A stretch of 64,000 nt of DNA. It comes from Takakia lepidozioides (taxonomy: Eukaryota; Plantae; Bryophyta). This document shows positions 37,790-50,900 of this stretch, one piece after another. The position numbers were made by a program, and so were the translations under genes. The stretch lies in NCBI GenBank assembly GCA_030704615.1, contig CM060733.1, forward strand, positions 58,962,001 to 59,026,000, read 5' to 3'. The notes below the pieces were generated by a model. It was not told where the DNA came from. It worked only from the letters and a program-made list of their open reading frames with translations, and did no database searches. Numbering within the stretch: the first letter of the stretch is position 1; each line of letters starts with the position of its first letter.

Positions 37790-39745
37790 CAATAGTGGGA
37801 TTCTATCTTCGAGATGTCATTAGAGGCACTCAACAGATACCAGTACTTGCCATGGACGTCGTGTCATCTGCGCCACAAAAAACGAGCATTCATCATTGGT
37901 GAGCTACGCCGATACACTTTAAGAGAGAGCACATATGCAGGTTTTTCAGAGATCAGACGACTGTTCTATGAACGACTGCGTGCTCAAGGTTATCCAAAGT
38001 CTTTTATCTTAGAGTGTTTTAGACAATGTGACTATGCACAACGTGCTACACTGTTAGCTTCAGAATCCACTTGTAAGTTGATGGATAAGCGGGCCCCCTT
38101 GGTTTTGAAACTTGAGCATCTCAATATTCTCAAGCTTTAAACCTCGGGGGAGTCCTAAGCCCTAAACTACATGAGCATCTTCTGAAAGTTCCGCAATTAG
38201 CATCTTTTGACAAACCTATGGTTTGTTGGAAAAAACGAGGAATTTACGTTCCTATTTAGTTCGTGCTAATTACAATAGAGTCAATTATATTAAGGAGATA
38301 TTCTTGGCTTACGGGCATAAGTTAGAAAAAATATTTTTTCTTTTCTAGAAAAAGAGTTTTTTTTCGGCTAAAAGATATTTTTTAGTTATCTTTTTATCTT
38401 ATGTTTTTTTTGAGACAACACTTATTCAGTAGTATATAAGCTAGCGGTGAGGCTCATTGTACTTCACTCCATTTCTTTCTTCCCACTGAAGAGCTCAGAT
38501 TTTGAGCGAAACTAGTCTGGGGCTTATAAAGATTTGCTAGTATTCTGCATATAAGTATTTTTTGTCTCACTTTCTCTTTTGTGTTGTTGTACCTTGGAGT
38601 TGCATGCTTTAGACTCTTTGTCTAGTCTTGCCTTTGCTGCTAGGTTTGTTCTCTAGTGTGTTTTTTCTCTTCCATAAGAGATATGTTTCTATTATCCTGT
38701 ATTTACGGTGAAACAGTCTCAATCATACACTTTAGTCATTTGCATGTCTTTGCAGTTGCACTATAGAACATATCAACATCACTTATATCCTACCTTTCTG
38801 TCTTCAGAATCACCTCTTTGAGTTTTTATCTAGATATCTTGAAGTTTTTTTCGACGCATAACCGGCCTCCTAAACACTTTTTAGTCTGCACTATGCTACT
38901 ATTGCACTCGGTACATTCGTGGTTCAAATTTGTTGTACTATTACATCTATAGTTCCAATCGTTTGTAGACCCTAAACATTTCTTATTATGTTAGTTACAA
39001 CTTTTGAACCTTTATCCTCAAAGCCTCCCTGCATAGAGATGGGTGTTGGTGGTGACCATCGTCTTCTTCTCCAATTGGGGAGTGCTCTTCTTCGAGACCA
39101 CAAGTGGGAATGTTTTTCAACAAGCGGGATCACACTCCTACCTTTGTGGATGCTACTCGCAAGTTACTGGACAATTCTTTGATACAATACAAGAAGGATT
39201 TCAAGAGATTGCAACGTCTCAAAGCAACTGTCGACCGACTCAGATCTCAAGAAGTTGCTGGTGAAATCCCTCATGCTTGTAGAGTTTCTTGTCCTAAGCT
39301 TGTCATTTCCTCTTTGGCCGTTCAACCTTCCCTCGATGCAAGCATTCAATCAGCCACTCTTGCTTTCCATAACACTTTACAAAAAGCCTTCATCTAGGCT
39401 CATGTGGAGGGTGTTGACAGAAGCAGAAGCCACTTTGAGCAAATCCTCTGATCTTTTCATTGCTCGACTCCAGGAAATCAAATCCTATGTGGATGCCTCT
39501 TCTTGTATTGACAATGATGAGGACTCTTTTTGGATTTTCGAGGAGCTTGATTTTGTATGCACTCAAGCCACCAAGTCTTGGTTTGCTGGAATCTCTTGTT
39601 TTCGTGCTAACCACAATTTGGCAACCGCTTTGAGGGAAACGACTTTGCGTGAAAGGAACCGTGCTAAGGATGCCACCATGGCGGATACTGATGTTCTTCC
39701 GTCCGAGCCTTCCATTGCTGAAAGGTGATCTTTGCAGCGTCTCAT
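37790..39745 (+). mobile_element. Penelope-like retroelement remnant: RT C-terminus, hammerhead, and probable start of the next unit
   Basis: LNRYQYLPWTSCHLRHKKRAFIIGELRRY..LFYERLRAQGYPKSF matches the PLE RT thumb pattern. After a frameshift it continues to KPMVCWKK..LVRA with no GIY-YIG. A broken helical ORF lies at 39104-39728. Confidence 0.75.
38481..38522 (+). ncRNA. Minimal type I hammerhead ribozyme
   Basis: Stem I ccca/tggg, core CTGAAGA, stem II gctca-gattt-tgagc, GAAA, minimal stem III ctag, GTC cleavage triplet at 38515-38517. Confidence 0.88.
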
Positions 39746-41088
39746 TACTAGGCTTTTGACATCAATACGCCTCTATTCTCTTTTCTCTTTATTGCCTCTT
39801 TGGCCTTTGCTCTTGTTGCTAGTCAATTCGACTTTTTGATTCTTGAGGATGTTTCCTCTCTGTAAGCTCTCACGGGATCGCATGGTTATTTTTTCCATGT
39901 TTATTTTAATATTTTCTTAGGGCCCATGTCCCAAATTTAAAAAAGAAGAAAAAAAGAAGAAGATGAGATTTCACGTTTTTAAGGGGCAATTCCCTCTTGA
40001 GGCCAAGAAGAGTCCATGGAACCCTGGTTCTTAGTCATGTCGATTCTGGGTAGAGTCCAATACATCATTATAGTTCGCACTGACCAATTAAGTAAACTCA
40101 CTAGTTAAGTAAACTCGACCTGTCCAAAATCCAAAATGAGTCGCTTGGGCGTTTAGAGGTGAAGAAAAAAAAAGTCGATGCATAAATATAGGTTTTCTCT
40201 TACAATTTACCAAGAATAAAAGATGATTGTCAAAGCCAGACGGATGTTGGTAGCACTAACGCGAGTGGAACGACATCGTCCATATATTCTTTGACTATAT
40301 AGGTACACAAATGTGTTCAAGCGAGAAAATTGCGAAACTATTGAGAAACTAAAGTTCTTTGCTCACATGAGGCAAGACTATCCAATAGTGTGCATAACAC
40401 TTTCAGATATTTCTTAGGTTAGTACATAGAATTAGAGTGTGTTTATCGTCAAGCAAATTTATAGACCCTATTGCTCAATGAACAACCCTTTGAGTGCCCA
40501 ATGGACAATTAAAGGAACCTATTGAAGGATGGACCCATGATAACCTTGGTTATGCACAAGCAAGACACACTAGTTCTTGAAGTATGCATAAAAACAAGAA
40601 GATCAAGGAGCTTCAGTGTTGACTTCTTCCATAGAAAGATGCAGGAAAGAGTTTTGCTCACGAATCTTGTCCATAAACTCGAATAGTTTTTGAACTCTTC
40701 ACATGAGCTTTCTTTGTATGAGATTCCCTTCCGTAGAAAACATAGTAAAGAGTTTCCAGCGAAACTTTTCATGCCTTGTTCCGGTTGAACAGTTTGTTCC
40801 AATTCTTCTTGGGAGCAACCCTTTTTCCAACCCGGCAAGGCTTGGAAGCCCCCTACTCGTGTGCTATACTACCAAATATTTCGTTTCTAAGGACCCAACG
40901 TACTTGATGACTTCACAGACAGGCTAGCATTCCCAGGGTGAACTTACTGATGACCAAAGACTGTCCCTCACACCAGATGAGTCTAGTAAATGATAATGTG
41001 AAAGACAGTCAGAAAGGTCTCTGTTGAGGTTTGGACTGAGGAATAAACGAAGTCATTGGCTAAACTTCTTGAGTTAAACATGCCTAGT

Positions 41089-43858
41089 TCATGAGGAACA
41101 TTGCCGTAGACATCCTAGAGCTGAGTTATCAGATTGTTCTGCATCCCTAGTGCAGGGAGATGTTTCGTTCTGGCAAAGAATTGCATACATATAATCGAGG
41201 TTGATATCTCCATTTTGTAAGTGAGCAGCTGACCAGAGCAAGGTACTCCCTTCTCTGTCACATGCTATTTCTCTCTCCCAAACTAGAGTGCAACAACATT
41301 TGAGCCACTTTAGACTTGCCTCTGTAGTTTTCTGGTTGTGGTGGCTCATTAGGCAGCCCCACTTTTCTTGTGTACTACTTTACTTTTCTCATAAGCTCTT
41401 TCAGCTTCCCATGGATGTTATGGAGCTTTTCTGACTGACTACATATTTCGCGTGGAGCAATTTACTCTGAAACCTCATGCACATGATAATCAACAACAAC
41501 TGGCACAACTAAGAGTACAAACACGTTGCATCATGCGAACATACACATGGAAAGGTAGATATTTAAGTGATTCAAGTGAATAAAAGAAACAAACGAGGAC
41601 GTGGCAACATGGCATGATGCCTAGACGACTCTTCCCAAAGGTAAACTTTCAATCTAGAACTTTGCAATCTCTACTGGCTAACGTGCAGCTTCCATAGAAG
41701 GTCACTGCCTTCACAGCCTTGATGTGGGTCCCCCCCTATTGTCGTAGGGTACCTGTGACTTTCCCCCGGGTATAATCATCACCTTCCCCTGGACCTGACG
41801 ATGCTGGATTGCCGTGAAAGCTTGATTAGCCTGAAATCACCAAGAGAAAGAGAAATTCTGTAAGTGTTTTTCTACAGCCTCACAACAATGCCCCCTATTT
41901 ACTGCTGCCACGCAGAACCTGCCCAAAACATATATGCTCCGTGGAGCTAATCCAGTATTCAGCAACTGTGTACCAAGCTTCATTTCCTAAGGGGATGTTT
42001 CCCCACTGTAGCTGTTCATGGGAATCCACCTGCCAAAGTGAAACAGAGGAGGAAGAGAATGAGAGGCACCTACAGAATGAGGACTACTGCAATTGTTAGA
42101 GGACAATAGACAATGATGGTAGGTAGTGTACCTGGGTGAAAGGGAATGTATGGGAGATGTTGACACGGAGGACACCCTTGCCCAGCATCTCCAACAACTC
42201 ATGCATGGAATGTTTCAATATCTCAGGATTGTGCTTCATATAGGAGCCCCAGAGCAGTCCGTGCAATGTCAAGTTCTGCACCATGTACCTGAAAGAAACA
42301 TTAGAGTGACAATGACAACTACACAACTTCCTCACATTCCACATCAGTCCTATCCAAGAATCCTCATCCTCTCTGGAGGCAGAGGTTGGCCGCGGGACTG
42401 GGTCAGTGGAACTTGCCGGTGGCCGGGCCAAAAGCCTGGGGGTACTCATCAGTAGCTTGGGAGAGAATTACTCATAAGACGTTGTCCGCCGTAGCCTTGT
42501 GGCCATTGACACCGCGCCCAGTTTGAGCGGAACACAAAGGGACAGAAACTACCTGTGTCAGGGGCTGATGCCGGTAGTATGACTTACCTTCAAACATGCA
42601 ATTGATCCAAGTTTTCCAGATATCCTCTAGAAATCCCTTCACACAAACATCAATCTGCTGTGTGTGATTTGCCCAATAATTCGACCCCAAAAGGGCCTGG
42701 GCTTTGGGCTCAGCCACAAGAAAGTTGGTAAACAGAGGTACAGGAAAGATTCCCTTGATGGAATTGAAGAGGGTGTCTCTCTGGTGAGAGTACCCAGGAC
42801 AATGAATCAGGAAGTGGATATTGTCTTCATCACAATGGGCACTTACAATCCCCCTTTCCTCTCTGAAATTGTTTGCTGTTCAAAGGTAGGCTACCTGCCC
42901 TGAGTTTGAATTTCAGTCTAGTGCCAAGAGTGGGTAAACCTTTGAGGTCAACCATGATGACCTCACCCAGTCACAGACTGGAACAGAACTGATCCAAGGG
43001 CCTGGGCCTTTGCCTCAGCCTCGAGATTTTCATAGTTGGTAAACAGAGGTGCAGGAACGAATCCTTTGATGGATCTGAAGAGGGCATCTCTCTGGTGATT
43101 GTACCCAGGACAATGAGTCAGAAAGTGGATATAGTCTTCAGGTTGCCCACACAACGGGCATTTGCAATCCCCATTTCCTCTTTGCATCTGTTTGCTGTTC
43201 AAAGGTAGCCCTCCCGCCCTGAGTTTAAATTTCAGTCTAGTGCCAAGAGTGGGTGAACCCTTGAGGTCATCCATCATGGCCTCACTCATGTCACAGACAG
43301 GAATTGCCTCCTCCCTCCCCAAATGCCACCACTGCGTGTCGCCACCTTGCTTGATAAGCTTGTTGACTATGCCATCAGGTCCATCAGCTTTATATCCATT
43401 TAAATGCTCAATTGCTTCCACAATCTCAGAAGAACTACTGGGAGCGATGCAACCCTTTGAAATATACTCCAGTTCATCAGGGCTGTCTTGAATCATTGGA
43501 ACAGTTTTTTCAACTGTGTCCTTCCATTCTTCAGAAGACCCCTCACTGTTAGACCTAGAATGTCTGCCAAGAATACTGTAGTGAGTTTCAAAGGTTTTGA
43601 CAACGTCAGCCGTTGAATTCACCACTGCACCCTTAGTAATCCTCAGCCCTGGTACTTGCTGACAATTTTTCGGCTTGTACAGACGTTGAAGGGCCAACCA
43701 GAATCTCTTGTCACTACCACCATGCTGATTTATTTTAATTTCACTGTATAACTTGTCCCAATATAATTTCCTCTGAGACCTTACAAGCTGATTGATATCT
43801 TTGCGGATCTGGTAGTACCTAGCCCACAATGCTTTGTTGACTTTCATATTGCAGCGCA

Positions 43859-43895
<37 letters not shown>

Positions 43896-46800
43896 CTCAT
43901 AAGACGTTGTTTGCCGTAGCCTTGTGGCCATTGACCCCGCGCCCAGTTTGAGCGGGAACAAAAGGGACAGAACCTACCTCTGTCAGGGGCTGACGTTGGT
44001 AGTAAGACTTACCTCCATATAAAGAATTAATCCGGGTTTTCCAGATATCCTCTAGAAATCCCTTCACACAAGCATCAATCTGCTGTGTGTGATTTGCCCA
44101 AAAACTAGGCCTCAGGAGGGCCTGGGCTTTTGGCTCAGCCTCGAGACTTTCAAAGTTGGTAAACAGGGGTACAGGCACAATTCCCTTGATAGATTTGAAG
44201 AGAGCGTCTCTTTGGTGAGAGAACCCCGGACAGTGTATCAGAAAATGAATACTGTCTTCAGATTGCCCACACAACGGGCAATTGCACTCTCCCTTTCCTC
44301 TCTGCTTCTGTTTGCTGTTCAAAGGTAGGCTTCCTGCCCTGAGTTTAAATTTCAGTCTAGTGCCGAGAGTGGGTAGACCCTTGAGGTCATCCAAGATGTC
44401 CTCCCCCATGTCACAGACTGGAAACAAGTTCAGGGAAGTTTTCTGCCTAACTTCATTTTCATCAGACAATCTCATGGCAACAGACATGGCTGAGGACACT
44501 ACAGCCTCTAAGTCAGATTTATCCAGCAGGGTCAAGACTTGCGGATCCAGGTCCAGGTCCTTGAGGATCTCTTCTACTCTCTTCTGCCAGGACTTAGCCT
44601 GTTTGACAGGGCGGTCCTGTTTCCAAGATATAGAGTCGATTAACTTAGGATATCTGGTGTTGGGCATATGTTGCAGCTGACCCCACCATCTGACCTTGAA
44701 TTCATCTCGTCGGGAGCTTAAGGACGGAATGCCAAACTCACCCCGAACAGCCACATTGGCTGTTTTGGAGCATGCTGACATACACTCCTTAAGCACCCCC
44801 ACTTGAATGGATTCTAGAGACTTAGCCTGGTTGGAGTTATCAACCCATATAGCAGATCCGTACTCCAAGGCAGGTCTAATAACGCGACAAAGCATGGTTT
44901 TCTTAACCTCAGAGGTGACCCCTCTGCAGTGGAAAAATTTAGTGAGCCCCAGAGCTTTGCCCTTGCCGGAGAGAGAGAGAGAGAGAGAGAGATTTACTAT
45001 CCCCAGTTTCTCACCTTCACAAGTGCTACATTTGCTGGAATGCTTGGAATCTCACCACTCGTGAAACCTATGATGAGAATTTGGGCACCCCAGTTGAGTA
45101 GCTTCATGCTATCTTTGAAAAGTTTGCCACCGACAGGATCATAGAGAACATCCACTCCCCTCAGTTTTTTCGACTTCAAAAAGCTTTGAACTGACTTGAT
45201 CAGCCCGCCATCACTCGGGTCTACCACATAGTCCGCTCCTAAACTCTTCAGGAGGTCTGCCTTCTCTGTCCCCCTGTTGCAAGTCCCCACAGGGCAGTCA
45301 ACAACAAACCTTAAACACCTCTTATTGGCACCACCAGAAAGAACTGTAGAGGCACCTGTGTGTAAACTATTTACTATAGCCCGCACTAGAGCAGGTAGCC
45401 CAGTGGTTGGGTGTTTGTGCCTTGCCAGTGCATAACCTAGGTGATCTAGGGTTCAACGTGTCCACCTTCCAACAGAAGGCAGTAATACTTGGATGAAGAG
45501 ACACTATAATTTACACTGTGGAGGAGTCCTCTTTCTTTCTTTATTATAGCCCAAGACAAAATCATTCCCCTTATAATAACCTTCTAAGATGCCCACCACA
45601 GAGCTAAGCAAGTAACTGGGATTATGTTTGTCCATGTTGTCCTGCAGCAACCACCAAAGAAGGTTTGTGCATGGAGGGACTCAGTCAAAATTGACACCCT
45701 TGGAAGTTGTGCGTTGATGATATTTCTGTTAAATCAGGAATTCGACCCAAACAGCCCCCGGACCATGCTGGGTGGTATCTTCAACTGTTACCCCTCAACC
45801 TGTGTGTGGTGTGGTGAGCCTTGGCCGTGGAAATAGGCACAAAGTTCCAGGAGGGTTTGTATCTTGGACTCTACCCAGAAATGAATGTTAGAGTCTTGCT
45901 CACGTGGCTTTCTCAGCTTTGTCAGCTTTCTCAGGCGTAAGGTGAAGAATTACACAAAGAAGTTTGCTCTAGAGTCTTGCCCCTTTTCTCTTATAAATAG
46001 GACAAGCAAGCGGGTTTGCATGAATGTTAATTTAAAGAAGGCATCACCCCATAAATACTCTAGGGGTGTTAAATGGAAAACCCAAAGCGACAGACTGCGA
46101 CCACAAGTAGTTGAAGAATGGAAAGGAGTGTAGGCCTTAAAAAGGAAAAACCTTGCAACAGCGATGACAACAGCGCCACACAACTTGCCAATCTGCACAG
46201 CTGCTGACCCCACACCTCCTGCCGCACCCAGAACAAGCAGTACCTAGTTGGACCTATATTTCAGTCTTCTTTACTTCCCGATGAACTCGTGTTCTACTTC
46301 TGCAAGGTAACACCTCCGATCCATCTCTGTTGTTTTTAAGAACTACAGACCTTTTATCTCATTTCTATGTGTAGCACTAGTTCATGGAGAGAAGACACAT
46401 GTACTGTTGGCATGTTGGCATCCTTGTTGCCTGATTTAACCAAAGAGAGAGGTGGTCCATGGTTAATGACAGAGAGGATAATACTGTTTTCCACTCCTGG
46501 TTCGTAATATGATACAAAAACTCCCAGAAACCCTCCTGCAATCTTGCTCTCTGTCTCTCTATCTCAGACTGTCAGCCCGCCTGACCCATTTGTTGCCGAT
46601 CTGCCAACCAGTTCTTGGGCTTATCTCAATTTAGAAATCAAAAGCAGCCAACCTGGCCAGCCTGAAGACGAGCCCGATACACCAATCCAACATGGGACGT
46701 GCCAAATGCAACTGGGAGAACGCCGGCCTCCAATATATTGCACCCCTCTGGTACCTTGAACCTTCATCAGAACCAAATTTGCATCCATATCAATCCCCAA

Positions 46801-47476
46801 AATATGGTGAGCTCCAATTAGGTTCGATAAAGTTGAGATAGTGAGAGAAGGAAGATTATGAACTATCATAACAGTAGAGTATGCTGACGGTCGTCCAATG
46901 CAATCTTCCGTATCAACCCACATTGCTAAAATCAAGCTTGACGCTAGTAAAAGCTCCATGAATCTTTGCTCAACTAAGTTCGTCCACATCCTCTTTTGCA
47001 TCAGATCAACGTCCGTTTTCGAAGAAAATGAGGGATCGACAAGTAATCATAGCAACGAAGGGTGACGACAAACGCAAACAAAGGGAGCCAGGGTCCGAGT
47101 GCATCAAAACTTACGCTTTGAAGGCATCCATCACAAGCTCGTCAGCGTAGGCTCCATAGTCCACCACCCCGCAAACTCTATCACCGACTTTAAAATCAGT
47201 AACCTGCTCCCCAATCTCTAGCACAGTCCCTGCAAAATCTTCCCCTGGAACAAAGGGCAGCGGAGGCTTCTCCTGATATTTACCCTGAATTGTGAGCAGT
47301 GTAGCAAAATTGACACTAGATGCTACCACTTTGACTCTGATAGACGTTGGGGTGGAGATGGCAGGTACAGGGTGATCTTCGGAGACGAAAATGGGAGAAG
47401 ATTCTGAGAGTGGAACCGTTGGGTCTCCCAACTTGCGGCACACGATTGCCCGCATGGTGTTCTTGTTTGATGCCAT
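41089..47476 (-). CDS. Quinone oxidoreductase-like (zeta-crystallin/MDR family) protein
   Basis: MRAIVCRKLGDP, QGKYQEKPPLPFVPG (47114-47476); LPVAFGTSH (~46700); LVLGAAGGVGSAAVQIGK (~46200); GVDVLYDPVGG..IPANVALVK (45015-45274); LHGLLWGSY (~42250); RQVQGKVMI (~41780). The terminal exon at ~41089-41170 is tentative. Confidence 0.9.
42460..44992 (-). mobile_element. Head-to-tail chain of three LINE family A pieces in an intron of the oxidoreductase gene
   Basis: Pieces at 43890-44968 (nearly identical to 15495-16570), ~42965-43858 (internally deleted) and ~42465-42965. (GA)n tracts on + at 43863-43890 and 44969-44992. Confidence 0.9.
45383..45540 (+). mobile_element. T-tailed Pol III SINE, family S2
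   Basis: A box tagcccagtgg and B-box-like ggttcaac. Flanking tttactatagccc / tttattatagccc is a 13-bp TSD with one mismatch. Body shared with 51924-52117. Confidence 0.65.
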
Positions 47477-47749
47477 ACTGCACTCAAGTCCCTTGCAAAT
47501 CCCACTTGCCCTTCCACTTTGTAACAAGCCCAGAAAAATAAACACCCAGACTTCCTTGCCGCTTCCCCGAGCGGTGCGAGATGTGATCTCCCCATAGATT
47601 TAGCAGAATATTTAGCTGAACAAGTCTTCTCTACAGGATCTTCGTCCCGACGAAGACGAAAAGCGCGAGACATATTGGGATGGATGAAAATATGGATAAA
47701 TGTGCTTTCTGATTCTCTGGAGCAGAAACCTTACCAGCTTCCTCAACTG

Positions 47750-47790
47750 CAGGGATTCAGATCAGGGATTCAGATCAGGGATTCAGATCA
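47750..47790. repeat. 13-bp tandem repeat (cagggattcagat) x3 in the divergent oxidoreductase/lipoyl synthase promoter
   Basis: agggattcagatcagggattcagatcaggattcagatc read directly. Confidence 0.7.
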
Positions 47791-47904
47791 TGCTAGTGAT
47801 TTGAGGTCGAAGGAAATTCAGATCAGAAAGAAATTCACTGCGTCCAGGAGAGGGTGGGAGAGAGAGAGAGAGGGGGGGGGGGAGAGAGAGGGGTTGGGGT
47901 GGGG

Positions 47905-50900
47905 ATGAAAGGGAATGTGAGTTGTCTGGGGCCCATGCTTCAGCGGAGACTCAGCCTGCTACGAGTGAGATCAAGCGTATCGGCAGCGACGCAATCATCA
48001 AGCCTAGGGCATCCGGGAAATGCATCCCACACAGGTGATCTGTGTAACTCAGAAGCACAAGATGGTTCGGTGTCCCCTAACTCAGGTGTGTTTCTCCACA
48101 CTGCTGTGCTAGGGTTTTAGTTTGCAGATTGAATTCATGGTTATATCGCTTCTTCCTGGGGAAACAGGGTCTCGAGTAGATCGATTTCCCCTTCGTGTCC
48201 TCTTCTTGACGTTTTGTCGATTTTAGAGTGAACCATCTTGTGAGCTAGGAATTGGGGATGACGGTTTAGAAGCATTCTTGATCTGCCGCCTCCATATTGG
48301 TCGAATCTAGTGATGCTGCCTATCGCAATGCAATAAGGGTTCGTTCTTCCTCCTTTCAGTTTTAGCTCTATTTTGTCTCTCTCTTTGTCTCTCTCTCTCA
48401 CACACAATGTTTCTCTTTTAATCCTAGGAGGTTGTCATTCAACCAATTTCTGGAGGTCAATACGACATTTATGTGTTTTCTCACTCACTTTTACTGGATT
48501 TGCCTTGGTAATTAAGGTTTGGGTAGAGGACGAAAAGGAAGAATTGGGAGATTCTTAAGTGGACAAGATCAAATTTCATTAGTTCGAGTCGGCTCACGGT
48601 ACTGTTCAACAACAACAGCCAATGATTCACCATCCCCAACCACCCCAGCATTGGTGGCTCTGCGGGAACGTTTAGCCAATGGAGGCCCAAGTCTCATGGA
48701 TTTCATTTCAAGCACGAGCTCAAACCCTGAGGGCTATTCTGTCGAAGTGGGCACCAAGAAGATGCCAAAACCAAAGCCCTCATGGATGAAAATGGAAATC
48801 CCAGGAGGTGACAAGTACACAGCTATCAAGTCCAAATTGCGAGAGTTGAAGTTGAACACTGTGTGCGAGGAGGCCAAGTGTCCAAACATCGGGGAGTGCT
48901 GGAGTGGGGGCGAACAAGTGTACTCCCACACCGCCACCCACCATCATGAGGAGGGAGGGTCACCCGTAAACAACGGCCTGGTCAATGCACACTCAGTAGC
49001 CCGACCCCGCTGTCTTGCACCACTCATGGCCCCGAGCAGTGCTAGTAATTCTGAAGATTGATAAATAAACAGTGCTCACTATACATTGATTCTTTTGTCT
49101 GCTCTGTCTATGTCTGCTGTCATGACAGGAACAACCTAGTACCTTATGTGATTGGAATCTTGGATCTCCGATTCTTGGACCCACTTTTAGCTGAGGGCTG
49201 CTTTCACCTGTAGGCCGGGCACAACAGTTACCAAGCTTGCTTAGTTTTCACTGCCGCACCCCGTGTCACCCCTGGTCCCGAGAGCTTGTGCAGGTTTTGT
49301 GCGGTCAAACGCGCAGCCCCTGCGCTCTACGCGTGCGCTCGCTCGTGGCTGGGGGTTGACTCCGTGGTGCTCCCCAGTGTTGACCGTGATGCTTTTACCC
49401 AGCCCGCACCACCACGCAGTTCCCACTTTGCAGACACAGTCCAGCGGGATAGTGGCACTCCAAAAACTACGCAAACCCACATGCTGGTGGGACCCTAGGT
49501 ATGGGTTCTTGCTCATCCCCTGATTACATCCTTGGGCCACAATCCTCACTGCGGCGATGACAGTAGGGGTCTTCTCTCGCAGAACCGAAGATGCTGGTGG
49601 ATAAGTGAGGTTGGGATGAATGGACTCTTCCTAATGATCTATTTTGTTCATTCCACTGACCACATCTGGACATGACTGTTCTGGAAAGGTGGAGGTAGCC
49701 ATTGAGATCATAATAGACTTTAGATGTCAAGATGTTTTTGTCTCTCACACACACTCACATCCAAGTTTGTGGTGAGAGGGGACATAAGTAGATTGTCCTA
49801 TTTGAAGTCAATGTGGTAGTCCCTACAGGTTGGAGCAGGCATTTTCTTTGCTGGTCCTGGCCAGTGAGTGTCATTCTCTTATTTTTCGTAACTTGAGTAT
49901 GCTTGCAATGGTGGATGTGGTAGCATTGTATAACAGGCAGGCTGCTCTTCTGGTCTGTGACTGATGACTTGGTGTTTGATTTCAAAGGGATGATGTGGTT
50001 CTGTGTGGGATTGGCATACATATCCATGTTACTCTCGGTGTTAGCTAGTTTCACTAGAGACTGTAATAATATATGTAAAAGTGTTGGAACCTAGCAGCAA
50101 GGACCAATGCCAAATATGCATTTACTTCATTGCCGATTTCAGAAAGCTTGTGCTCCCATGCAGCTCGAAAGAGTTGATCAACATATGAGATTGGATCCAC
50201 GACCAATCGCCAACTCTGGTATGATTATGTAATATGAGCTGTAATTTCTTATTGTAGGCACAGAAGTTCATTGGCTGACAGTCTACTTTTGATGTTGGTG
50301 CAAACACAATTGTAGTGCCGGACTTGCGGGGTGACCCAGAGTGTGTAGAAAGAGTGGCCACTTCAGGGCTCGATGTGTTTGCTCACAATATTGAAACAGT
50401 GGAGGAGCTGCAAAGCTCGGTCCGTGACCGGCGGGCCAACTTCAAGCAGTCTCTTGATGTCTTGCGATTGGCCAAGGAGGTGGCGCCCCCTGGTACTCTC
50501 ACCAAGACGTCCATCATGCTTGGGTGTGGCGAGATCCCTTCCCAGGTGACTATTGGCCTGTGGCTTTGTTAATCTTTGGTTAATGTGAAGTCCTTGTAAG
50601 TGTCTATTTTAAGTTCTGAACAGCTACATCTAGCAAATGTGCTATAATTGGCTCTCTGTTGTCTCCAATTATTTTGGTCCCCACTTTCCTGTTCTGGTGG
50701 TTGAAGTTTTGATGCTCAAAACCTGGACTTGCTGCGGTTCTGTAAAGATGACATATTTTCTATGAATGCTTTTCTTTAGCAACTGGAAACCCAGTAACTT
50801 CTCCCATGGCAGCTGATGTTCAATAAAAGTACCCTGGTGGAAAGCGGGAATGGATAGTCACACATTGAATGGTATACCCTTTTGGGTGTGAGGCGGTAGA

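Noticed and set aside
39750-41080. Displaced E+/DYW exon of the PPR gene beyond the TE island
   Set aside because: No YVLLSN, PG-box, HSE or DYW-like sequence was recognised.
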